The notes: a model not told the origin generated them from the letters alone. A stretch of 64,000 nucleotides of DNA from Lepidodermella squamata (GCA_047495785.1 JBLDXI010000001.1:4588001-4652000), one strand, 5' to 3'. Positions 39,063-52,455 are shown, numbered from the stretch's first letter. Translations and numbers: made by a program.

Positions 39063-39954
39063 AGAGTAAAATATACGAATGAGAATCTTTATGCCGGATT
39101 TATACACGCTCGATGGCCTCGTTTACGCCATTATTTTGCAAAAAACTGTTGCTGCTTGTTTTTCACCATTGACACAACTTCACCGCAATCCTTAAACGAA
39201 TGCGTATATCGCGGTAGTACGTGCATCTGGCCGGCACGCGTTGTTTCATGCAAATGATGCTTGATGCAAAAAATGGGTATTGTTTACAAATAACTTTTCG
39301 TTTTCGACTAGGTTAAAATAATGAAAAACAACAAAAATGCGGTTTACAGTCTTCTGAATTTTCACCAAATTTTCACGGCCCGCGAAAATCCCGTATAACA
39401 CGTTCAATCTCGGCCCGTTAATTCTTTGCGGCCTGTTTAATTGCGCAATGAGATTTTGCCAGAGATCCGACTAGGTCCAGCTCTGAGGCGGGCAAATCGA
39501 GCCATTTTTAGCCCAAAATTACGGCTCAACGCTTTTCAGACATTTTCGAACGCCAGCAGGGGGGTTGTTTACCCCGTACTCGGAGCACTGGATGTTGCCC
39601 ATTTTGGGCTTCCGATAAACTTTTCAACAGAAAAAAGCACTGTAACCTGTAACGTCGAACTTCGGCTATTTTAGGAGTTCATGCCCGTCATTTTAGAGAC
39701 GACATCTTTTTTCTGCCTTCTTCCAGACCACACCTGACCACACCATATTTCATAAACGGTACAGCTCATTCTATAGTATTACACGTCGGCGGCCTTTAGC
39801 TTTAGAGGGAATCACGGTGTTTACTAGTGCATGGATTGCGGCTGATCATCAGGCATTACATTCCGAGGATGAACTGGAAGTCTACTCGTGACCGGTGCTT
39901 ACAAATTATTTGCTGATTTAATAAACATTGCTCTCTAATTTCATGAATATGGTC

Positions 39955-40455
39955 TTAGGATAATCGGTGTCCGCAGCTTACTGCCAGATACTTCATTCTA
40001 CTGCCAGGCTTCCTTTGGAGGCAACTTCGCTTTTTGCCCTGAAAAATGGTTTAGCAAGGTTACTGATAATAAATAATGCAAGAGCTTACCGCAGATTTGC
40101 AAAGCTTCCGACACTGCGACGCGGTCAAATTTTCGATAGCTGCAGCCGCCCTTGCTTTAGATTCAGCGATATCGGCGTCGCTTAGAAATACCAAGTTTGG
40201 ATTAACGGGTTGAAGACCCAAGCTGTCGACCTGCGGGAAGTCGACGCGAACCGGGGACAATTGGAAGGAGTCGAGTCTTCCAACACAAGGCGTGTTAGCA
40301 TGGCTCGAGGAACCTTGGCTTGCCTCGAATTTGTAACTCGAACACTGTTTCAGAGCTTGAAATATTGTATCGCTAAGCCGGGCGCTGTTGATTGAGCTAA
40401 TAGGCCGGCAACTAGCCATGCTAGCAATGCACAGAACCAAGAATATCGCTCTCAT
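39955..40455 (-). CDS. Secreted 4-Cys family, long form C1; intron 40089-40039
   Basis: Signal peptide, 2-Cys module, then CRKLCKSA|GKKRSCLQRKPGSRMKYLAVSCGHRLS*. Confidence 0.87.
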
Positions 40456-42129
40456 ATGATTCACAGCTAAAAAGTGAAAAGTGCATCTTGGGAAAATTGT
40501 TTCGCATTTCGAGGTGAGTACACAGGAAGTGTCGAAAGATTTACCTCTTTCTAAGTTCTAAGAGGGGGTAGTGGCGTTAGCTTGATATTGTCAGGTTTAG
40601 TTTATTTTCCAAAGGGCAACCATAAATATAATCAATAGCGAGCGAAGCTATGAAATGGTGGTATTTTCAAGTTTTACGGACTTAACGGTTTTACGGTTTT
40701 ACCGAGGCGTCACTCATGTGTTGGTGAAACCTGGGTTATCCAGCCAAGGACAGTGGCGGCCCACAGACCCAGGACGCCCGGTCGATATTTTGCGCACAAC
40801 TTTTGAAATTCAATTTCTGAGGCGTTTGATGGGCATGTTCGATAGAAAATTACGAAAATAGTGAAGCTATTGCGGAAAGTACGGTAGCCAAGTGGAGTGC
40901 GTGAAGATACACTTATCACTTCGAGGTTTTTGCATTTGCAATCAGTGTAGAAGCTGGGGATTTCACCAAAAGGGGGATATAGGCCTCCCCTTTCCCCTTA
41001 CATCACTTCGTAGAAAATTTGCGATGAAAACAAAAATACTAGGTAAATTACAAATACTATAAAAATTGAATTGATGAGCGATTAAAAACGAATTCGTGAT
41101 AAGAAATAAAGTCATGCACTTGTTGTTCGCTCAGCCCAGGGAAATGACTGTTTGTGAGCAACCCTTAGGATATTTTGATTAAATTTTCAATTTTTCACGT
41201 GCAAAGGACGAGAGTTCGAAATTCACCGTCTTATTTCCGTCAAATCAAATGACTCCTCACTCTCGTCCTCATTTAAAATAGGAACGCGACAATCAGCGGC
41301 GAATCAGTCCTCTTTTTGGACGCTTCCTGCGAGGCCTTCCATATCGCTACACAACGCGGAGTGGGCGGCGGATCGACTTGCATAAATATTTAGAAACTAT
41401 TTAATGACGATCGGTCAGCCAGTTATACTTGAATATTAATCTTGAGTTGCGGAGGTGCCCGAACAATTGACCATGACGTCGAATTCAATGCTGTTTCGAT
41501 TAGTGCTGTTCTAGGGTCGCAGCTAAAGCGTAGCTACGATTTCTCTTAGTTGCTTAGGATAAGTTTGTTAGCCCAATCTATTCGTTTTTGTGAAAGATTC
41601 GAAAATTATTAGATGAAAGGACCCATTGCGACTGTTGAATGAAAAATGATCTCAGGCGAACAATAGTAATTTGGATAATCTTTTAGATCAATGATCTTCG
41701 GCTTTTGGCGACATTCGTTGAACATTGTTGAAGTTTGAACTTTATTGATAGACTAAAATTGAGGTTTGTTGAGTACTCGGATGGTTTCGGAGACTTGCGA
41801 AAGAGGAATGAATGAACTCCCCATCCCCCCGCTACTTCCTTAACTCTTAAGGTTCATAGTTCATGAAAGAAACACGAATCATATCATTATACTATTCAAC
41901 TTCGGCGGCGTTAACCAGGAATCATGATGAACTTCCTGTGCATTACAGCTGATCAGCATTCGTCAGAAACTTTCTCACAACAGAGCATGATCAGAATACT
42001 CGCAAAATACCTGCCGCAATATTACTGAAAAGTGCTGAAAACAATCGTTTTACTAGGACTATGGACTATGAGAAGCGTCATCAGCCTCGGGAATGATTAC
42101 GATATAATATCGTGAATTTGGTCCTTGGA

Positions 42130-42654
42130 TCACTGGTATCCGCAGCTTACTGTCAGGTACTTCATTCTACTGCCTGGCTTCTTCTTGAGGCAAGTTAGCT
42201 TTTTGACCTGAAAATTGTGTTGCAAATCTTTTTGAAACAATTTTTTTTTGAAAGAGCTTACCGCAGATTTGCATACTTTCCGACACTTTTTCGCGGTCAA
42301 TTTTGTCATAGCTGCAAGCACCTTTGCCTTTGACTCAGCGATTTCGGCATCGCTTAGAAATGCGAAATTTCGATCGTTGGGTTTAAAACCAAAGCTGTCG
42401 ACAGGCAGGACTTCGCCCGGAACCGGGTTTAATTCGAAGGAATCGAGTCTCCCTACACAAGGCGCATTAAGGTAGCTCAAGGAAGCCTGACTTGCTTCGG
42501 CTTTGTAAGTCGAGCACTGTTTAAGAGCATGAAATATTGTATCACTGAGCCGGGCGTTGTTGATTGAGCCACGAGCCCGGCAACTAGCCATGGTAGCAAT
42601 GCCGAGAACTAAGAATATTGATATCATAGGATATAGGATCCACTCGGACTGCAT
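42130..42654 (-). CDS. Secreted 4-Cys family, long form C2; in-frame 54-nt intron 42261-42208
   Basis: CRKVCKSA|VKKLTCLKKKPGSRMKYLTVSCGYQ*. Confidence 0.87.
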   Translation of the reverse strand: MQSEWILYPMISIFLVLGIATMASCRARGSINNARLSDTIFHALKQCSTYKAEASQASLSYLNAPCVGRLDSFELNPVPGEVLPVDSFGFKPNDRNFAFLSDAEIAESKAKVLAAMTKLTAKKCRKVCKSAVSSFKKKLFQKDLQHNFQVKKLTCLKKKPGSRMKYLTVSCGYQ

Positions 42655-43803
42655 TGCTTTTGGGGCACACAGCGGGGTCTGGAAAATTGTTTTAATAAAT
42701 GCACCGATTTAGCGCTGTGATAATGTTTATGAAATGAAAGCAACCGTATAAAAAACCTAAATTTGAACGAAGCGAACGATAGATGGGGGAATTAGTTTGG
42801 TTTTTCGATTCATTCATCAGGGTACTGTTAGCTTATTTGAAAATTATATCTGCCACCATGTAGACTTGGGGACCATGGGTTCGTTACTTGCTTGTGCCTA
42901 GTTGTATGCTGCCACCAAATATCTCCTTAAAAAGTTGTTCATTACAAATATAAAAACATTTATATGTTGATGAACCATTTGTGAGCAATTGTAATTAAAT
43001 CGCAATATGAAATAAGGCCGTATAAACTGTTTTGCGTTATGCAAAATATGAAATGACATCTGCTCAATGGATAATGAAAGGACGTCCAAAGGAAGAGCCG
43101 TTTGAAGTTCTCGTCTGTTGTCCGTCAACAACAAAATGCCAAGCAAAGCGCCGGCAGAACGCGGACACGCGGGCGTTTTAGACATTGCGCAGAAGCCACT
43201 ATTGGGGAGGCGAAACAAATGACCCCTCACTTTCCAAATTTGAAAATGACAAAGCGGTGAATCAGCCCTCTTCTCGCATGCTTCCTGCCTTGAGAGCTAG
43301 CGTTTCGTCGCTGTTACTTTTATTACTTGTATTAGTAAGATAAGTTTTATCAAGAAACCTATGTCTGCTGTCTGTTTTCCATAATTCAAGTAATCAAAAG
43401 CATCCTGTGATGTTCTTCTTCATTGTGCGATATTCGATAACATGAATTTCCAGTCTCGTGTTTTCATTTTTTCAGATCTTCAGAGATTCGCGGATATCTT
43501 CAGAGACCGCGGAGTCATTGAGGTTGCTTTCCCTCAACTTCATAAGGAAGATATTTGAAATAAGCAGTTAGTTCCTAGTTCCAGCACACAGCTATGACGC
43601 GCAAGTCGCATGAAAGCTTCACTGGACGGGTATGTAGCGCAAGATTTCCTTACTTTGCATATAAATTGTCGACTGTTTCCGAACACTGGCTTTTCCCAAG
43701 CCACGAGGTTCCCCGGGCTCATATTTTAACCATAGCAGCTTGCGAGTAATATATTGCTCACAAGATCAACAGTCATATAATAGACTGTAATAGAACCCAT
43801 ATA

Positions 43804-43898
43804 CCGTAAATATTCAAATACAAGCCCAGGCGGTACTGCGAAGAACATCAAAGTGCCGACAAATAGTGCCGCCTGGGCTTGTATTTCGGAATTTACGG
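43804..43898. mobile_element. Tiny MITE with CCGTA-terminated inverted repeats (pogo-type ends)
   Basis: CCGTAAATATTCAAATACAAGCCCAGGCGGTACT ... AGTGCCGCCTGGGCTTGTATTTCGGAATTTACGG. Confidence 0.7.
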
Positions 43899-44418
43899 CA
43901 ATTACGTATTATAACAACGGCCTATTTTTAGCTCCTGCATTCAATTACAGCCCTCGTTATAGCTTTCCCTTGATTCCCGACCCAGAGCCCTTATTGAGGG
44001 AGCACTGTAGTACATATCCAACTTCGGCGGCATAGCAAATGTCAGGGGTCACGGTGAACTTCCAGTTTAGTGCATTGCGGCTGATCAGCAGACATCCCTT
44101 GAACGAAACATTAGGGGGATAAATTGTTTTTCATGGGCTTTCCAAAGTTATAAGATCAACCGATTATTAAAGTTTCGAGTTTATTTCTAAACAGTGCAGT
44201 CATTTCGGCTCCGATTCTCACATATGTTTAGAAATGAACTCGGCTCAATATTTATGCTCCATACCGTATGTAACTGAAAAGTGCTAAAAAGTGGTTTTAT
44301 TTGGACTATGAGAAGCGTCATCGACCGAAGCCGTCGAATGTCTGGAGTTTTTCGACATTCGATGTTAGCTGCCTCATGATTGAATAAGACAAGGAATGTC
44401 GTAAATTTAGTCCTTGGA

Positions 44419-44912
44419 TCATCGGTGTCCGCAGCTTATTGCCAGGTACTTCATTCTGCTACCAGGCTTCTTCTGAAGGCAACTGCGCTTTTTGGCCTGA
44501 AAATTGTGTTGCAATTTAACTGAAAATAAATAATACAAGAGCATACCGCAGATTTGCAAAGCTTCTGACACTGCGATGCGGTCAATTTATCTATAGCTGC
44601 AACCGCCATTGCCTTTGAATCTGCGATTGCGGCGTCGCTTAGAAATGCCAAATTTCGATCGCTGGGTTTAAAACCAAAGCTGTCGACCTGAGGGAATTCG
44701 CCGTGAACCGGGATCAATTCGGAGGACTCAACTCTCCCAAGACAAGGCGCGTTAACGTAGCTCGAGGAAGATTGACTTGCATCGACATGGTGATTCGAGC
44801 ACTGCTTAAGAGCCTGAAATATTGTATCACTGAGCCGGGCATTGTTCATTGAGTTATAAGGCCAGCAACCAGCCATGCTAGCAATGCTGAGAACTAAGAA
44901 TATCGCTCTCAT
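44419..44912 (-). CDS. Secreted 4-Cys family, long form C3; intron 44546-44497
   Basis: CQKLCKSA|AKKRSCLQKKPGSRMKYLAISCGHR*. Confidence 0.87.
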
Positions 44913-45277
44913 ATGTAGGATTAAGTCATACTGCACTACTATATGATATTCTGATTAAAATATAAGTTTTTCACGCGCAAAGGAAGAAAGTTTGAAATTC
45001 TCGCCTTTGTTTCCGTCAAAACAAATGACCCCTCACTTTCCTCATTTCAAATTTGAATACATGAATCAGGCCTCTTCTCGCAAGGCTTCCTGCCAGGCCT
45101 TACTTGAGAGCGGGCGTTTCTTCGCTGCGTGTCATATAACGCACATCTATGACGTAATACGTAATGGGGTGAAAAATGTCCAAATAACAACCTAATGGTG
45201 GAAACAGGAATTATCGCGGGAAATCGTATTACTTCGCTTAGCTACACACTTTAAGGGGCTAAGAACCTTCGTTTCAT

Positions 45278-45445
45278 GACTTTTCTACGCTCATGAAGGC
45301 CTAAGAGATGAAGTCGAGCGGCCAACCGTGGCTGCAAGTGGCTTCTGTGATACAGCGTTAGAAAAACCAACCTAGCGGCAAAAACAACGGGCACGGTCGC
45401 ATTGTTGTCGCCGATTCATTCGATGTGATTGATATTCCTAAGTGA
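45278..45445 (+). pseudogene. Pseudogene remnant of the F family (F4)
   Basis: Translates DFSTLMKA*EMKSSGQPWLQVASVIQR*KNQPSGKNNGHGRIVVADSFDVIDIPK*; two premature stops and no 5' half. Confidence 0.8.
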
Positions 45446-45850
45446 AATAATCCAATAAAAAAACACACCCTGAACCTTGACCTTCGAAATTTCCGAGTCG
45501 ATTACATGATACACTGATGCGAAAGATGACAGAAATGCGAGATTGATATTCTCATCTCAGACGGGCAAAGAGATAGGGGGACGACTATGAACAGCTTGAT
45601 AGGGTGAATAAAGGGCTGAAATCGACCACTGTTCACTGAAATTACTTTAAAAATGGGAGAGAACAACGCTGAGCAAATAAATTTCACGAACAAGTATAAT
45701 GTAATTCATAATAATCTTCGCAAGCAGATATAAAATACCAAAAATGCTGTCTTTATTTTGTGGCAATCAAGGACACCACAGCGGACACCTTACGGGCAAG
45801 CTCATGGTGGTATGTCGCTTTCCGCTTTCCGATTCAATTTTCGAATCGTC

Positions 45851-48815
45851 TCACTCCATCGCTGAGGACGGCGAAAATCGCAGTCTGATGTGGTTTACTG
45901 TATTAGCCTCGACGGTCGCAGCTACTGATGAATCATTCTGGCTTACTATGGCAAGCGGCATCATCACAGCAGTAGAATGACAGCCTCTCCTCATCTGAGA
46001 CTTGAACTCTGCCTCATCTCTGGTCGTTCTCACGCGCAATTCCATCGTCAGAACAATGAGCGAGATACAAGCAAGAGCTAGCGAAACACCCGATACGGTC
46101 AGCATAAGATGGTGGGCGTTCGTAGACTGAACTACGACAACAAGCATCGACCCGCCGAGAAGAGCCGTCATTTCGCAATAGATCACGATCCCAGTTAATG
46201 AGTAGCGCAGAGTACGTTGCGACTTTTTCACGATCTGGTGAGAATAATATCGAATTTCAGTCATTCAGTCACATCTTCGCCCATACTTACCTGGAAAATT
46301 TGTTGCACTGATCTAATTGTAGCAATACCTATTAGCGCCTGAAGCAAGATGAGCTGAAAAAACGACAGAATTGCAGATGAGTCGTCGAGGTTCAGTCGAC
46401 AGTAGAACTTTGTTTCAAGGTAAACAAGATCAGGGTCGATATCCGAAGCTCTCTTTCCAGTAACAATGTCCGTGAAATCAACCATAGGAAGCAGCGAGCC
46501 GAGAAGAGGCGAACTGCCAGCTACCCATAGTACAGTCATCAAGATCTGCTTCAAATAGTGCACGCGCATGAGTTTTCTTCGTTTCTTCTTAGCGTTGAAT
46601 AGTGTTGATCGCATCTTTATGAAGTTCCCCGCCATTAGCGAGCAAATTCCAGCAAATACTAGGGTTCCAAAAACGTGGCAGGTTACCAATGGTTGGAAAT
46701 TGTTCGAAACCGGTAACACATAGCTTTGAATGAATAGAAGTACAGTGCCTATTAATGGTGAACGATTTTCGGCGATTATTTCCGCTTCGTTCGTAGTTGG
46801 ATCGAGGTCTTTCGGCAGAATTAGAGCTAGTAGCGGAGCTGGCGGGAACATCATTAACAGAGATGCGAAAATTCCTATCGTTCCAATTGCTTTAAATTTG
46901 CAAAAAATTAGTTGTGTTATTTGTTTCAAACATCTTCATTACCTGCCAGTACTCCATAAATTATTGGTGGAATAAGGGGTGCGACCAGTTTTTTATACGT
47001 GAAAGAATCCGCAAATGGTTTACCATTGCGCCGCCACGCTACAGCACTAGCGAAAATCTCTGGTGGCTTGTTACCATGAGAATCGTAGACCGCAACCGTT
47101 TTAGATTTGAAACTACTCGCGCCATATTTTTGCATCTGTTTCAAAACCACCGGTGAAAAGCCAAGAGTATCCCGCTTTGTCTCGGAGCTGAACAGATGAG
47201 TACCGAGGAGACCCCTAACCGTAGGCATGGAAAACAGAGCTTCGTCCATTGCAGCTTTGAAAATGTCAGTATTTTCGACGTTCAACTCAGAAGTCCAATT
47301 TTCTAGGCTTTTAATTCCTACGATTTGGCTCACTCGCTCCAACCACATTCCGACGAATAGAGTTTGATCGTACATATTACTGGAAAACATTTGAGGATAC
47401 TGAATCCCTGTTACTTTACTGAGAATTGAAGACTTGAATGCAGAATAGGTTAACCCAGTTGAATCGGTGGAAGTGATGTTGACATCTTCCATCGTCCCGT
47501 CTCCAAAATAGAAAACACTCTGGACCATACCAGCTAAATCTTCACAGCTACAAGACGTCATACCAGGGTAGCAATTCTTCGGATGTGTACTGTCTTCGTA
47601 GACATTTGAAGCGAAAAATGCGTAATGGGCCTCGGAAAAGCCGTGTTGGTATAAACTGCAGAGAAGCAACGCGACCGAGTCTGAAATAAAGTAGATGATA
47701 CGGGCACCACTCGCTTTAATAAGTTCTACAGCTCGATTGATCTCTTCCAAGTTGTCAAGCTGCATCATCTCGGCAACTGCGACAACTTGAATGCGGCGTT
47801 GGTCTAGCTGGCGGATGAGATCGCGAACTGTATAGTAATAGCTGATGCTGCTGATGATAGCAACTTTCCGCCAATGCCACTGCTGTGGAAAATCGGCTAA
47901 TGCTGTGTAGAAGCTATCACGGGTTGGGGAGATTGGGTAGGTATTTGGATAGAGTATGCTATTAGCAACCACTTCAACACTGCATGTGAAAGCGAAAGTC
48001 TGAAAATTGATCGAAAGTGAAATAGGAAAGTAAACAATCATCACCGATTAGTGCGCGAATCACCAGGAGAAATGGGGATTTCGTACCTAACATTTCGCAA
48101 GGCCAAGGTAGGAAACCCCAAATAAAACCACAGGGGGACCCTTTGGTCATATAATGTGGGTCCCTACATCGAAGATCCTACTTCGCGCAATGTCAGCGCT
48201 CCTATAGAATATTTTGCTCATCTGATGATGAAATAAATTCAGAAGATATCTGACGTATACTTACCGAAATCAGACCCAAAGGCTTTGCAGCAAGCGAAAA
48301 TATGCGTTGGATAGCTTCCAAGCAAGGCGACAACAAAATAATCGGGAGTCTAGGAGCTCGGCCACCCTCTTTCATCGTACCGAACAAACCCTTGAAGGAT
48401 AGACCATCCAAGCTCTGAAAATGGCTTGACGTTCTCATCTAAAGTCTCATCTAAACTCTCTTACCTTGTCGTCAATCATTTCGAAAACAATCTCGTACTT
48501 CTTAGTGAAATTCACCACAAATTGTAACCGGTCGAGAGCCATTTGTATTGCACGGGTCGTAGATGGGCCCATCAAGCTTCGTTCGAATCTATCCGAGTAG
48601 CAAACTGACGTGAGGATTGCTAGCACGATTTTATCATCAGAGGATTTGTCAAAGAAGTCTGATGATGCGACGTAGTTAGGCATCGGCTCGTCGACACTTG
48701 ATTTTTCATAATAGAAAGATCTGTTCTTCACACTGCTACGGAAGTTTTTAACATTAATCGCGCTTGTAGTTATAACAAGGCAAGCATTAACAGCTGCAAA
48801 TGTTATTGAGCCCAT
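45851..48815 (-). CDS. Divergent class C GPCR-like receptor (Venus-flytrap/ANF-receptor ectodomain plus multi-TM region); multi-exon
   Basis: Signal peptide; AIQMALDRL; QWHWRKVAIISS; ELIKASGARIIYF; MYDQTLFV; followed by several hydrophobic helices in ORFs 46261-46929 and 45851-46264. Confidence 0.7.
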
Positions 48816-48930
48816 TTTTCGCTGTTCAGTTGCGCATGTATAGCAATATTATGGTCAAATTGCAAATGTGAACGAGTCTATTTTATCGGAACAATCCCGA
48901 CTACGCATAATATTTAACGAAGAAACAAAA

Positions 48931-49126
48931 AATATTAATGGATGTGGCTATTTCAACAGAGGAAAAGTGTATCGCACATTGGCTGTGCGTACACAATGTG
49001 CGTGACACACAGCCACATTGAAGCGCGCACTGTGTTCAAGTAGCCAATCACGCACACACACTGTGTACGCATAGCCATTGGGCGATGCATAATCCTGTGT
49101 TCACATAGCCATGACGAATATTAATT
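48931..49126. repeat. Imperfect foldback element just upstream of the GPCR start
   Basis: ATCGCACATTGGCTGTGCGTACACAATGTG pairs with CACACTGTGTACGCATAGCCATTGGGCGAT; AATATTAAT occurs at both flanks. Confidence 0.6.
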
Positions 49127-49663
49127 AGCATAAAATCGCAAGATAAACCAGGCAATTTAGGCGTGATAACATGATGATAAGCGTCACATAAGAACTTCAT
49201 CAGAACTTCATTTTCCTCAATGTAATATGTAACATGAAGACACTAGAGTGTGTTGCAAAATGTGAGAAATGAAGGATGAATATTAGCTATTGGCGCATTT
49301 TTATACATGACAAAATATATTCCTCCTCGTGAGGCGCTATGTTTTCTTGTTTTTATGTTAAAGCTTATTCAATATTTTAACATTCTAAACATATGCAATA
49401 TGCGTTTCCAACTGCTACGTAAAAACCGTTTCCAAAATATTGGTTTAACAAATGTTTCATGGATCGCAAGATTCAAAAGTAGCTCGGCGAAGTCATAGAC
49501 CAGCTGGGCAACCAGCGCGCAGATTATTTTCAACCCACAGCCTTAACGCAACAGGTGCGCGACACGCTGACTTTCCGCTATCCTCATTATCACCACTTTC
49601 AAGCGAATTCTTCATGGGTTTCAGTTTCGTCACCGATCCAGTCAATTCCGTTTTAGGATTTAA

Positions 49664-50155
49664 CACTTTAACTGCCAAAAATATACTGCGAGATCCGATA
49701 CTTGGATCCGAATTTTGGAGCTGTCAAAGTTTCCTTAATTAAAGGTGAAAGACGCTTCGTAGGGCTAAACTCTTGGCGGGGAAATAGGAAATGTAAGCCA
49801 TGACTAAGGAATTCTGGCGACACCAAATTCATGGCTCAAAACATCATGGCACAGGAATCAATTCGAAAGAATTGCAAACTTACAATTATTGTTGCGCCTC
49901 AATCTGCGTCTAATAATTGGGTCAAATTCTTAGGTCTGATTTCTTGATCTAATTCAAATTTTTCAGTTTTTCTTCAAATTGATTCCTTTGAAATCCATGG
50001 TGTTTTGAGCCATGAATTTGGTGCCGCCAGAATCCCTTAGTCATGGCTTACATTTCCGATTTCCCCGCCAAGAGTTTGGCCCTACGAAGCGTCTTTCACC
50101 ATTAATTAAGGAAACTTTGACAGCTCCACTATTTGGATCCAAATAGTGGACTCGT
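49664..50155. mobile_element. MITE related to 4296-4800 (same left end and core), right end degenerate
   Basis: TTAA|CACTTTAACTGCCAAAAATATACTGCGAG; long internal inverted arms; shared core GTCTAATAATT..AATTCTTAGGTCTGATTT. Confidence 0.8.
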
Positions 50156-50677
50156 ATGAACTCGTAAAAGGCTAAATCCAAGTTATTTAACAATATCAAT
50201 ATCTCCAAAAAAGCCACGGTTAACACGAAACTGATACTGTATTCTTTCTGAAATACTCGATGCTATCGCCATCTATCAACGTAAATCCGTAAATCTGTAA
50301 AAAAACACAACACTTGAATCTTGCAAAAATGTAAAATACGATTTTTGCTTCAATGAATGATATAGTTGAATGACTATAACCATTCGATTTCGTGTACATC
50401 GACATATTATCATCCATTTCATCGGATTTTCAAGCATGCATGCAAGTATGCTAATAGAAAAGGAGATGTCATTAAATTGTGAGAAAATATCAAGGAAATA
50501 ACGTGATGAGTGTATGCGCGACAGCTGAATTCAATTGGCTAAGACCAAGTCGCAAAGACTAGGACATGAAACGGTGGTACAATTATTCACGATATTCTAT
50601 CAAATTGATACCAAATTAGTCATGATGATCTCGGGGAACCAATTGGAGCTCGGCAGCTGTGATTGGCGAAACTAATT

Positions 50678-51054
50678 TTAGTTTAGCTTCTTCCTACCAA
50701 TGCGACAGTCGGCCTCAATGAAGTCAATCCGATGTAGCGATTTGCTTTTCAAGCACGTTCGTAGTTTCTCCTTGAATAAAAGGAAGTTAAAGTTGAAGCA
50801 TGGACTAGCAGTGCAAAACCTACTTTCCCCTTGCAAGCTTTGCGGCACGTCAGGCGAGTGAGCTGGTCCAAAGCTTTAGTGGCCATAGCTTCCACTTCCA
50901 TCAGCTCATCGTCGCTGATACTGGTCAATGCATTGAGAAAAGCGTCGCGGCTCATCGTAGTTTCACTGTCAGGCCAATCAGAAGGCATGGAAAAGGTCTG
51001 AGCTATCAGAGCTGCAGAAATGACCAACGGAAATAGTATCGATATCCAACGCAT
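50678..51054 (-). CDS. Secreted 4-Cys family member D1; intron 50823-50771
   Basis: CRKACKGK|EKLRTCLKSKSLHRIDFIEADCRIGRKKLN*; TATATA near 51103. Confidence 0.85.
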
Positions 51055-52455
51055 GGCAAAGAAGAAATGGAGAACCGAGATAATATGTTTTTCATTGTGT
51101 CGTATATATAAGCGCGAAAAATGTCTCCGCAGTTGATTGACAAGATGCAAAGATTAAGAAATTTAATTTCGATGTAATTGAATTCAAAGTCTGTTGCGGT
51201 TGTCTGATTCGATAATAATATGAAGCCTCTTTGTTTTGAGTACCTGACCACAAATTCGACACTAAAGCGACTCTAATGGCAGGCACGCTATTGTCACTTC
51301 CGTTAAACAAACTTAGTTATCGAAAATACCAGAAGACATGTGATTAATCCGCCCGGGTTCCAATCAGCAATTCATTTTCAAAATTTAATGACATCTTAAT
51401 GCAATTTCAATTTTACAATTGGTCTTACTTGATGATAACTCGTTGGTACAATGCTGCTGTTCGCCAGTCATTTACTCAAAATTGTTTCAATAACGTCTCA
51501 CCCAATCAATTCCTAATTCCTCTTCACTTGCATTTTATTAATTTTTACAAACCTTCTAACTCGATGATGTTGAACGTCCATTCACATTGAAATGTTTTTC
51601 GGGACGTCATGCCGAAAACAGAAAATAGCACATCATATTCAATTGCTGTCAGGTCTTTGTTTTGAAGAGCAATTGAAAAATTCATCAATGATGTCTCTTC
51701 GGCCAGACAGTTTCAGATTTGCCCAGTTTAAACGATTAATTTGATTCGCCACGCTTGGTTACGCGTTACGCTCAAGTAACAACTTATAATTGCATAGTCC
51801 CTTTCTGTACCGCAGACATTGTGACCGAATTTAGTTATATATAATTACCGTATTTCCCGATAAAAGGCAAGGGATTGAGCACATCGATAAAATAAGGAAC
51901 TGTGCTCTTTCGTGTAATACGGCAGTAATCAAATTTGATAGACAGCAATCACTGGTTTCCCTTTTCCCTAACTCTTAAATTACATAGAGACATGAGTCAA
52001 CGCTTAATTTAGATAAGTGTAATAGCTGTGCAATTTAGGAGCATGTAAGCCTTTGTTTATGACGTAATGCGTCTCCACGTAGGGATCATTCGAACAAAAT
52101 ATTCTTAGGTTTTGTTCTTTAAGAAAGTGCTTGGAAGGTATTGAAAGGTGCAGGTCATAGATCACACGTGCCCACATGATCAACGCGTGTGGTTAAAACT
52201 TGAAACGCAAAACTTACCGTACAGTCCTTATTTTTCGCGCACAAAAAAATTTAGGTTCCCTTGTTGATCGTTATTTCTCTTTAAACTTTGAAAAATAAAT
52301 AAATTATATGAGGGATTGCAAGCGATTTCGGCCCTTCCTCTATATTCTTTGGAAGGGCAACAGCTGGCGCGTAATCAATGTTGCACAACAGCCAATTTCA
52401 GGTAGAGATCTTTCCAAAATCGCTTTCATATGGCTTTTACCTTTTAATCCGGGTG

